A DNA stretch of 64,000 nt from Octopus vulgaris (GCA_951406725.2 OX597838.1:36518001-36582000); one strand, 5' to 3'. Counted from the stretch's first letter, positions 36,401 through 50,468 are shown. The notes: generated by a model from the letters alone, not told the origin. Program-made: numbers and translations.

Positions 36401-36449
36401 CACCTCCCCCATATATATATATATATGACTCTTCCCAGACACAACAATA

Positions 36450-36832
36450 TCTATTATATAAAATCCGTTCTGTCTGTGTGTATGTGTGTCTTCTAGGATC
36501 TCGGGCATCCTCCATCCAATTGCGCTCAAATTTGATATGTAGATACCGACAGTATCAGGGCATGCATAAGTCTTGAAAAAATCACAAAAATCGATTCCAG
36601 GTGAGAATGTGATCGATAAAGCCGTGGGAACGTGCATTTGTAAAATCGTTTTTCTTGGAATAGAAAAAAAGTCTATCTTTATTTCTTCTTTTGCTGGTGT
36701 CTCAAATTTAGGTTAAATCAATGTTTCTCAAAGGGGAGGCCTATGGGATGGTCGGACAAGTTGTTTTGAGAAAATTTGGTTTAAATGTTTGACAACTCAG
36801 CACCATCCATTGGACTGGGGGTGTTTTGCTCG
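36450..36832 (+). mobile_element. Non-autonomous Helitron (type 4)
   Basis: a|TCtattatataaaa..ctgtctgtgtg start; subterminal cacc..cca..tggactgggggtg hairpin; ends CTCG|t (variant of CTRR). Confidence 0.65.
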
Positions 36833-36859
36833 TATATATATATATGTGTCTATATATAT

Positions 36860-37070
36860 ACTTTTACTTTTTTTTTTACTTGTTTCAGTCATTTTGACTG
36901 TGGCCATGCTGGAGCACCGGCTTTAATCGAGCAACTCGACCCCGCGACTTATTCTTTGTAAGCCCAGTACTTATTCTATCGGTCTCTTTTTGCCGAACTG
37001 CTAAGTGACGGGGACGTAAACACACCAGCATCGGTTGTCAAGCAATGCTAGGGGGACAAACACAGACACA

Positions 37071-37114
<44 letters not shown>

Positions 37115-37270
37115 CGACAGGCTTCTTTCAGTTTCCGTCTACCAAATCCACTCACAAGGCTTTGGTTGGTCCGAGGCTATAGTAGAAGACACTTGCCCAA
37201 GATACCACGCAGTGGGACTGAACCTGGAACCATGTAGTTGGTAAACAAGCTACTTACCACACAGCCACTA
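36860..37270 (-). mobile_element. SINE family A, full length
   Basis: Consensus match. Confidence 0.9.
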
Positions 37271-37766
37271 TATATGTGCATATATATGACAGCACCTATA
37301 TATGTGCATATATATGACAGGTATGTCAGAACTTCCAGAAACTATGTTGAACATAACCGTGCTGTTAAAATAGGATAGAAAAAACCAACAGAGCACCACC
37401 ACTCCTCTATGTATTTCATATCTTGTCTGTAATCACATGTATAGTCATTGGCCAGGACAGAATAATCACCTATAGCTCAGTCCACCTAGCTGTAAATAGA
37501 CACCACATAGAGTGCACTGCACTTATCTTTCCTTGCTCTGTGTCATGACAGCAGATTTAAAATTGATAAGTTTTTTCAGCAGCAAACACTTTTTTTTGTT
37601 TTTTTTTAGTGCATTTATAAGCTATAATGTATGTGTGTGTGTGTGTGTGTGTGTTGAAGGAAGAGTGAGTTTGTACATATGTTTCGTGTCTGTATGTTCG
37701 TGTGCTTGCATGTTTGGGTTGTTTTTTTTTCCCCCCTGACATTAATTGATGCATACACACTTTCAG

Positions 37767-37804
<38 letters not shown>

Positions 37805-38182
37805 AGATTTATTTATACACATGCATTCACATTCATGACACAATCACACATGCACACGCACATACGCACATGTGTTTACATTGCTCATCTGCAACACATA
37901 CACATGCAATGTACATATAAAATTTTGTCTATATGCATACATACATAAATATGTATTCATACATATATACATACATACACATATATGTATACACATATAT
38001 ATATGTACATATATTTATGTATGTATGTACATATATATATATATGCACAGTTACATACACACACATGCACATATATATTCATATATACACATGTACATAT
38101 ATATAGGCATTAAGGTTGTTTTTATAGTTCTTAATCTGTGTATACATATATGTGTATGTATGTATATATGTATATATATATG

Positions 38183-38231
<49 letters not shown>

Positions 38232-38512
38232 GTATTTGCTTACACACATATCAAAAAAATTTCTGTACACGAAACAGGGACACACAGACGTATAAATAAA
38301 CGCATTAACACGCAAACTAATAGACACACTCCGCATGTAATTGAAGACTCCGCATGTAAATATCTTAGTGAAATTGCAAACGTGTCCATCCCTTTGGAGT
38401 TCTCGTCTAGACACGAATAAAAGTTGAATGAAAATCGAACACACACACACACACACACACACATACACACAGCCACACACAATTGCACACATATAAGTAA
38501 ATAGATAAGTAA

Positions 38513-38543
<31 letters not shown>

Positions 38544-38749
38544 TAGTAATGATGACGATAAAGAAAAAAGTGTTTATCTGAAATTTCATTCCCCACCTCC
38601 CATCTTTCCCCCCCGCTTTTCGCTGTCTTTTATCTATTTTCCCCGATCTGTTTGCATTCATTCATTTATTTTCAATGAGGTGTGTCTTGTGAAATATAAG
38701 ATTGTGGTAATGAAATGTAAGGATAGTTATATATATGTTTATGTTTGTT

Positions 38750-38795
<46 letters not shown>

Positions 38796-38878
38796 CACAC
38801 TAAGATGTGCATGTGTGTGTATTTATATGTCCCAATAGATATATATATATATGTACAAATATATATATATATATATGT

Positions 38879-38934
<56 letters not shown>

Positions 38935-38963
38935 GTGTTTGTGTACTTTTATGTATGCATATA

Positions 38964-39005
<42 letters not shown>

Positions 39006-39059
39006 AATGTATGTATAAGAACATACATTTTTATAAATATATATGTGTGTGTACAAATA

Positions 39060-39132
<73 letters not shown>

Positions 39133-39263
39133 ATGTGTATGTATGTATGTATGTATGTACATACACACACACATACATGCGCGAACACACACATATGTAT
39201 ATATATATGTCATCATCATTATCCTTTAACGTCCATTCTCCATGCTAGCATGGGTTAGCCTTA

Positions 39264-39324
39264 AAAAGCTGCCAGCAGGCAGCTACAGAGAATAAAAATT
39301 TGTAGCTGCCTGCTGTCAACTTTT
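39264..39324. repeat. Inverted repeat: 24-bp arms, 13-nt loop
   Basis: aaaagctgccagcaggcagctaca / tgtagctgcctgctgtcaactttt, 22 of 24 paired. Confidence 0.85.
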
Positions 39325-39734
39325 ACTATTTTCTCCCTTGTTTTGAGTCCCTTTTGTGGAACTGCATTCTTTTCAGACAGCCCCAGTACTGTTACATATG
39401 TATCATTGTGAACCTCATGGTATCAGGTTCAGTCCTACTGCGTGCCAGCTTGAGTGTTTGTCTTCTACCATAATAACTCTGGGCTGACCAAGAGTGAATA
39501 GACAGGACCCAGGAACTTATTAACTGCAGTATAAGTCTGCAAAAAAAATTGATACACTTGAACCTATAATCCACAGGTCAGAATTGGTCAGCCAGACTCA
39601 TGGATCCTCTGAGCAACTGCCCAGATTACCCAGGTTTGATGTGTGTGTGTGTATGCATGTGGATGTATGTCTAATTATCTTAATATTCGGTGCTAATTAC
39701 AGTCATAAACTAGAAATATCATACAGCTGGTATT

Positions 39735-39938
39735 GCGGAGAACTGGTAGAAACGTTAGCATGTCGGGCGAAATGCTTAGCAGTATTTCATCTGCCGTTAC
39801 GTTGTGAGATCAAATTCCACCGACGTCGACTTTACCTTTCATCCTTTCGGGGTCGATGTAATCGACTTAATACCTATGTCTGTCCTTGTTTGTCCCTTCT
39901 ATGTTTAGCCCTTTGTGGGTAGTAAAGAAATAGGTATT
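39735..39938 (+). mobile_element. SINE family B with an internal deletion
   Basis: Head, core and tail present; deletion between the two ggggtcgat motifs. Confidence 0.8.
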
Positions 39939-40039
39939 GCTTGTTTGCAATCATCATCACCATCATCATTCTCCTCCTCATCATTTAATGTCCACTTTTC
40001 CATGCTTGCATGGGTCAGCCAAAGTTTATTGAAGCACTA

Positions 40040-40556
40040 AACTCTGCTTGCAAAGACCTGTTGAGGGCAAGTGAAATGGAAATCTTATCAAATTCGCAAA
40101 TTTGATGACTGGCACCCATGCCAGTGGAGCACTAAAAGCATCATCATGATCACTGCCAGAGCAGCTGACTGGCTTCTGTGCTGGTGGCACGTAAAAAGCA
40201 CCATTCAAGCATGATCATTACCTGCGTCACCTTACTGGCACTTGTGCCAGTGGCATGTGAAAAACATTTGAGCGAGCTCATTGTCAGTGCTGCTGGACTG
40301 GCTCCTGTGCAGGTGGCATGCAAAAAACACCACATGAGCATGGCCATTGCCAGTACTGCCTGACTGGCCTTCATGCCAGTGGCACATAAAAGCACCCACT
40401 ACACTCTCAGTGTGGTTGGCATTAGGAAGGGCATCCAACTGTAGAAACTCTGCCAGATCAGACTTGAGCCTGGTGCAGCCTCCTGGCTTGCCTGTCCTCA
40501 GTCAAACCACCCAACCCATGCTAGTATGGAAAGCGGATGTTAAACGATAATGATGA

Positions 40557-40560
<4 letters not shown>
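40040..40560 (+). mobile_element. Family E retroposon
   Basis: Subrepeats, ggaagggcatcc, ggatgttaaacgataatgatgat tail. Confidence 0.8.
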
Positions 40561-40609
<49 letters not shown>

Positions 40610-40614
<5 letters not shown>

Positions 40615-40840
40615 GTGTGTGTGTGTGTCTGTGTTTGTCTCCCACCACCACTTGATAACTGGTGTTTGTTTGTTTACGTCCCCATGACTCAGTGGTTCAG
40701 CAAAGGAGACCAAAAGGTTAGGCAGCAGGATTAAAAGAGAAGAAATAAGTGCCGGGGTTGATTCGTTTTCAACTAAAAATTCTTCAAGGCGGTGCCCCAG
40801 CATGGACACAATCTAATGACTGAAACAATTAAGATAAGAT
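40610..40840 (+). mobile_element. SINE family A 3' half
   Basis: Consensus match, diverged. Confidence 0.75.
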
Positions 40841-40856
40841 ATTAATATACATATTA

Positions 40857-40889
<33 letters not shown>

Positions 40890-41256
40890 TGTGTGTCTAA
40901 AAGCAGAAACCAAACTGGTACCTTACCAATTCTTCTGTCTCAAAATTTACGTTCAGAAAATTTTTTTTATTCTTGCATATTTTCATATTTTTAAAGAATC
41001 TCAGTTGAACCAAATATCTCCTCCCACTCTTCCCCTCCCTCCCCCTCTCTCTTCATTTATGCTTTTGTTTTTATTTTTTGCTTGTTTTTTTTTTCCCCGA
41101 CTTTTCTTTCTGTTTTTCTTCATGGATATAAATGTTGTTTGATCGAATGCTCAATGGGTTGGAAACCTCTACGACTGGAGTCAAGCTGAATCAATGATGC
41201 CGTTGTCCTCCTTCCCACCCACCCACTCTCTTCTTTCTCACGCCTCACTTTCTTTG

Positions 41257-41293
<37 letters not shown>

Positions 41294-41556
41294 AGAAAAT
41301 AATGTCCAAATTGCATATTTACCAACTGAATACAGGAAAAAGTGATCAGAGGATAAAAATCTACTCTCTTAAGATTCACACATGTGTCTGTGTATGTAAA
41401 ATCGTCTGCATACATGTATGTGTGTGTGTGTGTGTGAGTGTGTATACATATTTATATACATCCATATATAAATGTGTATAAATGATGTATAGTGCCAAAA
41501 TACTCCAAAATGGTGCATCCTCAAGAAATTCTGCATCCCATAAGGAAGGGATTTGG

Positions 41557-41610
<54 letters not shown>

Positions 41611-41613
41611 TAG

Positions 41614-41725
41614 AACAAAACCTGTTACTTGGGTTTCCCATTGCCGTTCATCGGTATGGGTGCACATTTTGCACTGCTATGCATATATCTACCACTGTGT
41701 ATACCTTGTTTCACATTTATGTGTA
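41614..41725 (-). mobile_element. Rearranged relative of the 46808 element with a degenerate hammerhead core
   Basis: Minus cCGATGA acggcaatgg GAAAC ccaa GTA acaggttttgtt (41614-41654); the terminal segment ctaccactg..accttgtttcacatttatgtg follows in the opposite orientation. Confidence 0.55.
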
Positions 41726-41774
41726 TGTATCTCACAAATATTGGGTGCACTGCTCTCATGTGTATATGTGTATG

Positions 41775-41842
<68 letters not shown>

Positions 41843-41990
41843 ACTTGAATATATGGGTACATATGTGTATGTGTATATGTATGTGTGATGAGGGATCAGT
41901 TTCTGACTGAAGAATGAAGGCTTTGAATGACCCGTTTGTCTTTTTGTTCGTCCCTTCGTGTATTTCACGTTATTTATTTATGTAAAGGTT

Positions 41991-42027
<37 letters not shown>

Positions 42028-42129
42028 CCTTCTTGTATACACACACACATTAATGATTATCTACATGAGTATGTGTGTATGTATTTACATTCATGTGTTT
42101 GTACATATGTGTGTGTGAGTACTTGCATT

Positions 42130-42185
<56 letters not shown>

Positions 42186-42559
42186 ACACATTTTCTCACA
42201 TTGACATTCACTTTGCCGTTGCAAAGCACACATCTTATTTCATAGCGTTTCTTTGTTCTTTGAGATGCATTCCATCCCTTTATCTCCACCTGTTGCTCAC
42301 TTTTTAAAGAGGTGCGAGAAGAAAACAGAATAAGGGGCTGGCCTTTTTTTTTTTTTTGCCATTTTGCACAAGGATTCTGTGTAAAGTCATAATATAACAA
42401 GGGGCCTCTCTTTATTTGATAATGCGATAAATAGCGCCGGGCTGCTAGAATTGAAGTAAAGAACACAGGCTAAAAATGCATTGAGGCCATTTTTGCATCC
42501 CCTGAGCATGCGATGCAACAATTGGTGTGTGTGGGGGTGGTGGTGGTCGGTGATCATCT

Positions 42560-43000
42560 CATGTGCCCTCTTTCACTTCCTTCTTCTGTACCTCCCTCTC
42601 TTCCCCCCTCATTCTATTTCTCTTTTTCCTCTTCCTCCTCAACCACTCATTCTCGTTGTTCGTTCTGCCTTGCCACCTTCTCTCTCTCCCTTTTCCTCCT
42701 CCTCTTCCTCCTCCTAGTCATCATCCACTTCTTTTCCTCTTCCTCTCTCTTTCTACCTCCCTACCCACCTCCTCTTCTTTTCCATCTCCTCTTCCCCTCC
42801 TCTTCCTATTCTTTTCCCTCCCCTTCCATCTCCTCTTCTCCTTCTTCCTCCTCTTCTCCTCATCCTCCTCTTCTCATCCTCCTCCTCTTCTACTGTCCTT
42901 TCTTCTTCCACCTCACCTCTCACCTTTGGTTCTTCCTATTCCTCCTCCTCCCTTCTCCTCACCCTCATCCTCCTCCTCTGCCTCTTCCTCTTTTTCCTTG
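42560..43000. repeat. CT-rich low-complexity tract
   Basis: (CCT/TCT)n-like. Confidence 0.9.
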
Positions 43001-43689
43001 GAAGCCACTGAGAAAGCAATCCATTACATCTGGCTAAAGAGAGAAGATGAGTGGCACGGCAAGAATGAGCACTGAGGACAGTAGAAACATCTGGCCAAGG
43101 GTTAACAACAGTTGGTCAACAGTTGCAACATCTAATTGACCAAAGCTCGTGCTGCTGTGAAGGATTTTTGTCACTTCCATTGCTAGGTGGCCCAGGTGTC
43201 AAAGTGGAACCAGCCAAAATACCTTTCGTGTTGCATGACTGTCCGATGAGTTGATGAAACATTGACCCCTGCATTTGGAGATAGAATACAGCAACGCCCT
43301 TGGCACACAGTACAAGTTTATAATCCCAAATGTGTATGTTTTTGTTTCTGTCTGCATGAATAATGAAAATAGTTAATAACACCATAATGTGTTTCTATAT
43401 TTCTATGTATGTATGTATGTGTGTGTTTGTGTATGGGAGAGAGATAAATATGAATGCATTTGTATGTAATTGTATGAATAAACATCAGTGTGTACACACT
43501 TTTGTATGTTTTTGTATGAACAAATTTGTGTGTGCGTGTGTGTGAGTGTATGTACACATCTCTGTGTGAACCATCTGTGACCATCCAGTCCTTTATATAT
43601 ATATATATATATAAAAATTTTATCTTGTTCGGTTTAACAGCCCTTCTTGTTTGTGTTACTGTTATTCTCCTTGTCCTGTCTTTTACTCT

Positions 43690-44005
43690 CTTCCATCTGA
43701 CCCATCCAATTTCATACCTGTAATTTGGCTGCCATATCTAGCATATCAAATACCTGGTATTTCATTTCCATTTCTAGCATGTCAAATGTTTGGACTATCT
43801 GAATTCATACCTGAGATACAACTGCCATTTCCAGCTCATCAAATCTTTTGCCCTCTGGCTCATCCTGTTAGATATCTGGGATTTGACTGGCATTTCTTGT
43901 ATATCAAGTCTCTGCCCTGTGGCCCTTCTAATTTTATACCTGAGATTTGACTGCCATTTCTAGCGAATCAAATCTGTCTTCTGGCCTTACTGACTTCATA
44001 CCTGT
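43690..44005 (+). repeat. Degenerate minisatellite with a period of roughly 60-70 bp
   Basis: Recurrent ttcatacctg..atttg(g/a)ctgccatttctagc..atcaaat. Confidence 0.75.
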
Positions 44006-44422
44006 TTGGTAGCACTGGACTTAGTGATTGTGTTTGCCTGTTTCACTACTGTCATTGCCATTGTTGTTGTTGTTGTTGTTGTTGCGGCTGCTGCCTCTGG
44101 CAGCGGCGGCAGCGGAAAGGGTACTAATGCCGAGAGATGGTGTACATTGTTGTAAACGTACAAACAACAGACAAAATATCAATGAATGAGGGAGGGAGGG
44201 AATGAAAGAATGAATAAGCCGAAGAAAGAACGAATGAATGCACAGCCTGTAAAGAGATGATGTTGGCCCATGTTCACCTGTTACAGGATATGTGTGGATG
44301 TATTTGTTTTGTTCTTAGCTTTGTGTTGTTTTAAGTCTTTTTGGGGTTTCTCTGTTTTCCTTTTACTATTTATACATATACACACACACACACACACCTA
44401 TATATACACACACACACACACC

Positions 44423-44485
<63 letters not shown>

Positions 44486-44767
44486 CTATATATATATGTA
44501 TATATATACAGATACACACACACACCTATATATATATATATATACACACATACACACACACACACCTATATATATATATATATATATACACATACACACA
44601 CACACACTCCTATATATATATATACACACACACACACACTCACACATGTATTATTTTTTTGTCATTATTACGCTAGTATTTTTTTTGTTTTGTTCTGTTG
44701 TGTTATTCTTTCAATACATATTTTTTTAATGTATTTTATATATTTTTTTTCATTTTTGGGAAATTTT

Positions 44768-44798
<31 letters not shown>

Positions 44799-45499
44799 TC
44801 GTCTGTTATTTGTTTTCTGTTCTTATTTTGTTCATTTTTTTTCTATTGTTCTTATTTTAGGTTTTTTTTGTTGGTTTTTATTTTGGTTTGTTTATTTTGC
44901 TTTCTGTATTCCCGTGTGTGTGTGTGTGTGTATGTGTTTGAATATATGTGAATGCTTGTATACAAGTGTGTTTGTGTGTGTGTGTGTTTGACTGCTTGTA
45001 GTTTATTAATGAATATATTCTTACCAAATCCTACACGCACACACTCATATATTTCTATATATCATTATATATACATACTTATCTATGTGCACCCATAAAC
45101 ACATACATGTTTATACTTCTATATAATATATATACACACACACACACATATGTATATATAAACACACCAACACACATGTCCTTTAACTTACACATGCTCA
45201 CATGATCATACATTCACACACACACACACATGCTCACATACACATGCCCATATGCTCATAAACGCACATGCTCATACACACATACATGCTCACACACACG
45301 CTGCTCTCTCACACATGCGTATGCTCACACACACACGCTCACACATACACACACACACGCTCACACATACACACACACACGCTCACACATACACATACGC
45401 ATACATATATGCGTACGTGTGTCTGCTGTTTTTTTTTAGCAGTGTTCAGAAACCATGTCTTGGGTAGCACCATGTATAGATCCTATGGAATTAATCGAT

Positions 45500-45516
45500 G
45501 GAGGGAGAGTAGGAGG

Positions 45517-45558
<42 letters not shown>

Positions 45559-45946
45559 GGGAGAGACTGGAAGAGCCAGAGGGAGAGAATGATGCAGAGA
45601 GAATGTGTGTGATTAACAAGATTATAGAGATTGTGTGGAGGACAGTAAAAGGTGGTGGTGGTGGTGAGTGATTGAATGAGTGGGAGAGATAAATGGTTAT
45701 AGAGACAGGGTTTGAAATACGGGAGGACAGTGAGAGAGAGAGAGAGAGAGAGATACTGGAATTATAGGGAGATTGTTTGAAACTTAGTAAGAAAGAAGAG
45801 AAAGAGAGAAAGATTGATAGTTATAGAGAGAGAGTTTGAGAGAGTAGTAAAAGAAAAATGTAACGAGAGAGAGAGAGAGAATATATTATAACCTCATAAA
45901 AAAGAGAGAAAGAGATAAAGTTATAGGGAGAGAGAGAAAGACAAGC

Positions 45947-45986
<40 letters not shown>

Positions 45987-46440
45987 TCAGGCAGATAGAT
46001 AGATAGCTAGATAGATAGATAGATAGAGAGAGAGAGAATGTATGATAACCTCATAGAAAAGAAAGAGATAAAGTTATAGGGAGAAAGAGAAAGACAGGCA
46101 GATAGAGAGAGAGAGAGAGAGAATGTATGATAACTTCATAGAAGTGAAAGAGATAAAGTTATAGGGAGAAAGAGAAAGACAGGCAGAGAGAAAGAGAGAG
46201 AGAAAGTGAGAGATGAATAGTTATACTGAGAGAATAGTTGAAAGTGTAGTGAAAGAAGGAAGAGAGAGAGAGAGAGTAGGGCGGAGTGAGAGGAAAGAGA
46301 GTAGGAGAAAGTGAGATACATCCCAAACTCTCTCACTGCTGAATGAGAGAGTTTTGGAGAATGCAAGAGATAGAGAGAAAAAAGAAAATGCCAAAGAACT
46401 AGAGAGAGGGAGAGAGAGAGAGAGAGAGAGACAGACAGGA
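45500..46440. repeat. GA-rich field with a triplicated unit at 45870-46190
   Basis: gaatgtatgataacctcatag..agagataaagttatagggaga..agaaagacaggcag occurs three times. Confidence 0.85.
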
Positions 46441-46750
46441 GAAATCAATGGTGGGGGGCGGATAGCGATTGATAGATTTATGTAAATAGCTCTGTCATAC
46501 CTCTGAGGTTTTGTTGAATCGGAGAGAGTGTGTGAGAAAAGAGGATTGGATTATATGGTAGGCATCTACGTATATGTGTGTGTGTGTGTACATATGTCTG
46601 TGTGTGTGTGCTATGTATGTATATAATATATATATATATATATGTGTATATGCTTGTGTATCTGTCTCCCTTTTTCTCTCTATATATGTTTATATCATCT
46701 ATGTACACACACACACTCATAAATACAGATATATAAATATGTATGTATAA

Positions 46751-46807
<57 letters not shown>

Positions 46808-46965
46808 CCGGAGTAAACACATAAATGTGAAACAAGGTGGAAAAAAGAGTACTCAAATACCAGTGGTAGAGTAATATGCTTTATTTAAAAGCAGCAGAAA
46901 TTCAACAAAACCTGTTACTCGGAGTTTCACGTTCCTGTTCGTCAGACAGTTTTTGTTGAAAAAAA
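46808..46965 (-). mobile_element. Short non-coding hammerhead-bearing element (Penelope-like pLTR or retrozyme-like) in (AT)n
   Basis: Hammerhead motif followed by AATAAA and a T-rich end, flanked by TA repeats. Confidence 0.65.
46901..46960 (-). ncRNA. Minimal type-I hammerhead ribozyme
   Basis: ttcaacaaaaactgt CTGACGA ac-aggaac-gt GAAA c-tccga-g TA acaggttttgttgaa: intact core, stem I 14 of 15 bp, 2-bp stem II, near-palindromic stem III, GUA cleavage triplet. Confidence 0.8.
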
Positions 46966-47119
46966 TCTATATATATATATATGTGTATATACATGTATGT
47001 AAAAAAATATATATGTATATATACTCACATATGTATGTACAGATACATATATATATATATAAATGTATATACATGTGTATGTAAAAATATATATATGTAC
47101 ATATGTATGTACAAATACA

Positions 47120-47165
<46 letters not shown>

Positions 47166-47169
<4 letters not shown>

Positions 47170-47335
47170 GTTAGGAAGGGCATTGGCGTTAGGAAGGGCA
47201 TCCAGCTGTAGAAACATTGGCAGATTAGACTGGAGCCTGGTGCAGCCTTCTGGCTTCCCAGAACCCCGGTCGAACCGTCCAACCCATGCTAGCATGGAGA
47301 ACGGACGTTAAACGACGATGATGATGATGATGATG
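47166..47335 (+). mobile_element. Family E 3' end
   Basis: Duplicated ggcgttaggaagggcat, then ggacgttaaacgacgatgatgat tail. Confidence 0.85.
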
Positions 47336-47385
47336 TATATACATGTGTATGTAAAAATATATATATGTACATATGTATGTACAAA

Positions 47386-47436
<51 letters not shown>

Positions 47437-47519
47437 GTATGTATGTACAAATACATATATATATATATATGTATGCATTTACACATATTTTATTTACATA
47501 CATACACACACACATATAA

Positions 47520-47557
<38 letters not shown>

Positions 47558-48749
47558 GTATGTATGTATACACAAATGTATGTGTATAAATGTGTGCTTG
47601 TATATATATATATACATATGTGAGTGTGTGTATTCATTTACATTTGCAAGTGAATATGTATGCATGCCTGCAAGAGCATGCTTCTGTATTACATTTGACA
47701 TTCTGACTATTAACAGCAGAAGACTTATATGAGTGTATGTGTGTATATATATATATATACATATATTTGTATGTGTGTATTGTGAGTGCTTTTATGTGTG
47801 TATATATGCACACGTCTGTGTGTATATTAGATTTACAGCAAAACCATTACGTTAGGGAGGACCACTTACCTATACTATTACTATTTGATGTTGAGAAACA
47901 TTTCCAGCGACGGTTAAAATGTACAGGTAATAGAAGTATTAATAAATATATAATATAGCCGGCCTTTAGCACATAATGGGTGTACGTGTGTATGTGTATG
48001 TATGTGTATGTGTGTGTGTGTAAATAAGTTCTCTGTGCGTGTGTGTCTGTGTGTATGTTCGTGTGTTGATGAATGGATGGTGATATATAAATGTAAACAC
48101 TTAACTGTGAACAACAAGAAAACAGGGTCTTTGGTGCTGAAAGTGGAGATAGGTAGTGTGTTTTATTGGAGGTTTCAGCTTTCAATAATACATACATAAA
48201 TATACATACATTCATATATATATATATGTATGTATGTATACACACACACACGCACATATATATATATATACTCTTATATATATACACACACATATATGCA
48301 TATATATACACTTATATATACACACATATATACATATATATATATTTATATACACAAATACATACACACACACACAAATATTTATACATATATATTTATA
48401 TATATATATGTATGTAAAATATATATATATATATATATATTTATACGTACATACTTACACACACATATATATATATATATACACACACATATACACACAC
48501 GCATACATATATCTGTGCATACACACACACATGTATACAGGGTGCAGTGAATATATTGTAGTCTAAATTGTGCAAAAATGAAAATTACACTGACATCTCA
48601 TTTTAACAGATATATTTACCAAAATTACATAAAAATATCTTGAAATACTAAAGAGAAATGGAGTTGGTGGAGCATCAGGTGAAAAATGTTGGTGAATTTA
48701 AGGAAATTTGAAGAACGGTGAGAAGACAGCTATATTTAGGGATCCTGGT

Positions 48750-49690
48750 GTGTCTTCTTTGATCATTTCAGGTTGAGTATGCAGCTGAGTAAACAGCTGT
48801 TAAGAGAGTGTATGTCAGCTCAGTCTGAGACACTCTGAATATGGTGAGAGTGGCGAATCTCAGGGCAACTCTGACGTCTGTGACACCCTGCAAAATTTGC
48901 AGCAAATTTGACCATTTACAGGCCATGTTCTTAGAAGGTCTTGACAAACCACCCTCTGAATGATCAATACGAGAAACAGCTGTTCATTGGATAACAATTG
49001 GGCTTGTGCACATGATCAAATTGTGATTTCTTTATTCTTTCTTTTTTTTTATTCTTTTATTTGTTTCAGTCATTTGACTGCAGCCATGCTGGAGCACTGC
49101 CTTTAGTTGAGCAAATCGACCCCAGGACTTATTCTTTGTAAGCCTAGTACTTATTCTATCGGTCTCTTTTGCCGAACCGCTAAGTGACGGGGACGTAAAC
49201 ACACCAGCATCAGTTGTCATGCAATGTTGGGGTACAAACACAGACACACAAACACACACACACACATACATATATATATGATGGGCTTCTTTCAGTTTCC
49301 GTCTACCAAATCCACTCACAAGGCTTTGGTCAGCCTGAGGCTATAATAGAAGACACCCAAGGTGCCACGCTGTGGGACTGAACCCGGAACCATGTGGTTG
49401 GTAAGCAAGCTCCTTACCACACAGCCACTCTGCATAGTGCAATATCAAATTGAACCCAATGCTTTCTTGAAGCCCATAGTTTCAAGAAAAGGAGATCAGA
49501 ACATAAGAACTTATTGCATTCTAGAACATGGATGGTTTTCATACTGATCAACATGTTGTCCACATGTGTTAGCTCTACATCAGGTCCACAGAGGTCTGAT
49601 TGTTTATAATGCAAAACCTGTTGTAATTTGTGTAAACTCACTTGCGTTTCTAGATATGGTCTCTCACTTCACAAGAGAGTTTGGCAGCAG
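48750..49690 (-). pseudogene. Old non-LTR reverse-transcriptase remnant split by a SINE A
   Basis: In collinear order with frameshifts: KQS..DNMLISMKTIH, GFKKALGSI (cf. DFKKAFDSI), VNGQI..F, LP*DSPLSPY (cf. QGDPLSPY). Confidence 0.55.
49032..49430 (-). mobile_element. SINE family A
   Basis: Consensus match with CpG decay. Confidence 0.88.
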
Positions 49691-50204
49691 CCTATAATTT
49701 AGCTCAATTTGTTTTTATTAATTTTATTAATTTTCTCCAATTTCTACGAATATTATTACCATATTTTATCAGATTTTATTAACTACATTTTTTTTTTTTT
49801 TTTTTTTTTTGTGCCATTCATAAATCCATTTAGCATTTATGAATTATATTTTACCATTTATTATTGACTGCTTGTTCTTCGTTCTTGATTGTGGGATAAC
49901 CCATCCTAACCACCCTCACCACCACCACCAACACCACCATCTCCATCATCATCATCATCATCATTGCCACCACCATCATCTTTGTGTATAGCTATAACAG
50001 TAGCTGTAGTAAAATCTAAAACTCTACATATTCTCAAGCTAAACCAGGAAGTTGCTAAACTTTCAGTTCTGTTTTACCATTCTGTAGAATGAAGCGGAAC
50101 AACATGAAGCAGAAAAAGAACCAAGCATAAGCATTGTGTTCATGAGCCTTGCTAGAAATAGCCACTGAACCTCCCTCCGTTTTCAATCTACTATCAGATG
50201 TAAA

Positions 50205-50420
50205 ACTCTTTACTCTTTTACTTGTTTCAGTCATTTGACTGTGGCCATGCTGGAGCACCGCCTTTAGTCGAGCAAGTCGACCCCAGGACTTATTCTTTGT
50301 AAGCCTAGTACTTATTCTATCAGTCTCTTTTGCTGAATCTCTAAGTTACAGGGACATAAACACACCACCATCGGTTGTCAAGCGATGTTGGGGGAGAAAG
50401 ACACACAAACATATACACAC

Positions 50421-50468
<48 letters not shown>

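Noticed and set aside
48536-48660. TA|CAGGGTG start of a Tc1/mariner MITE
   Set aside because: No matching second TIR found; the downstream sequence is better explained as an RT remnant.
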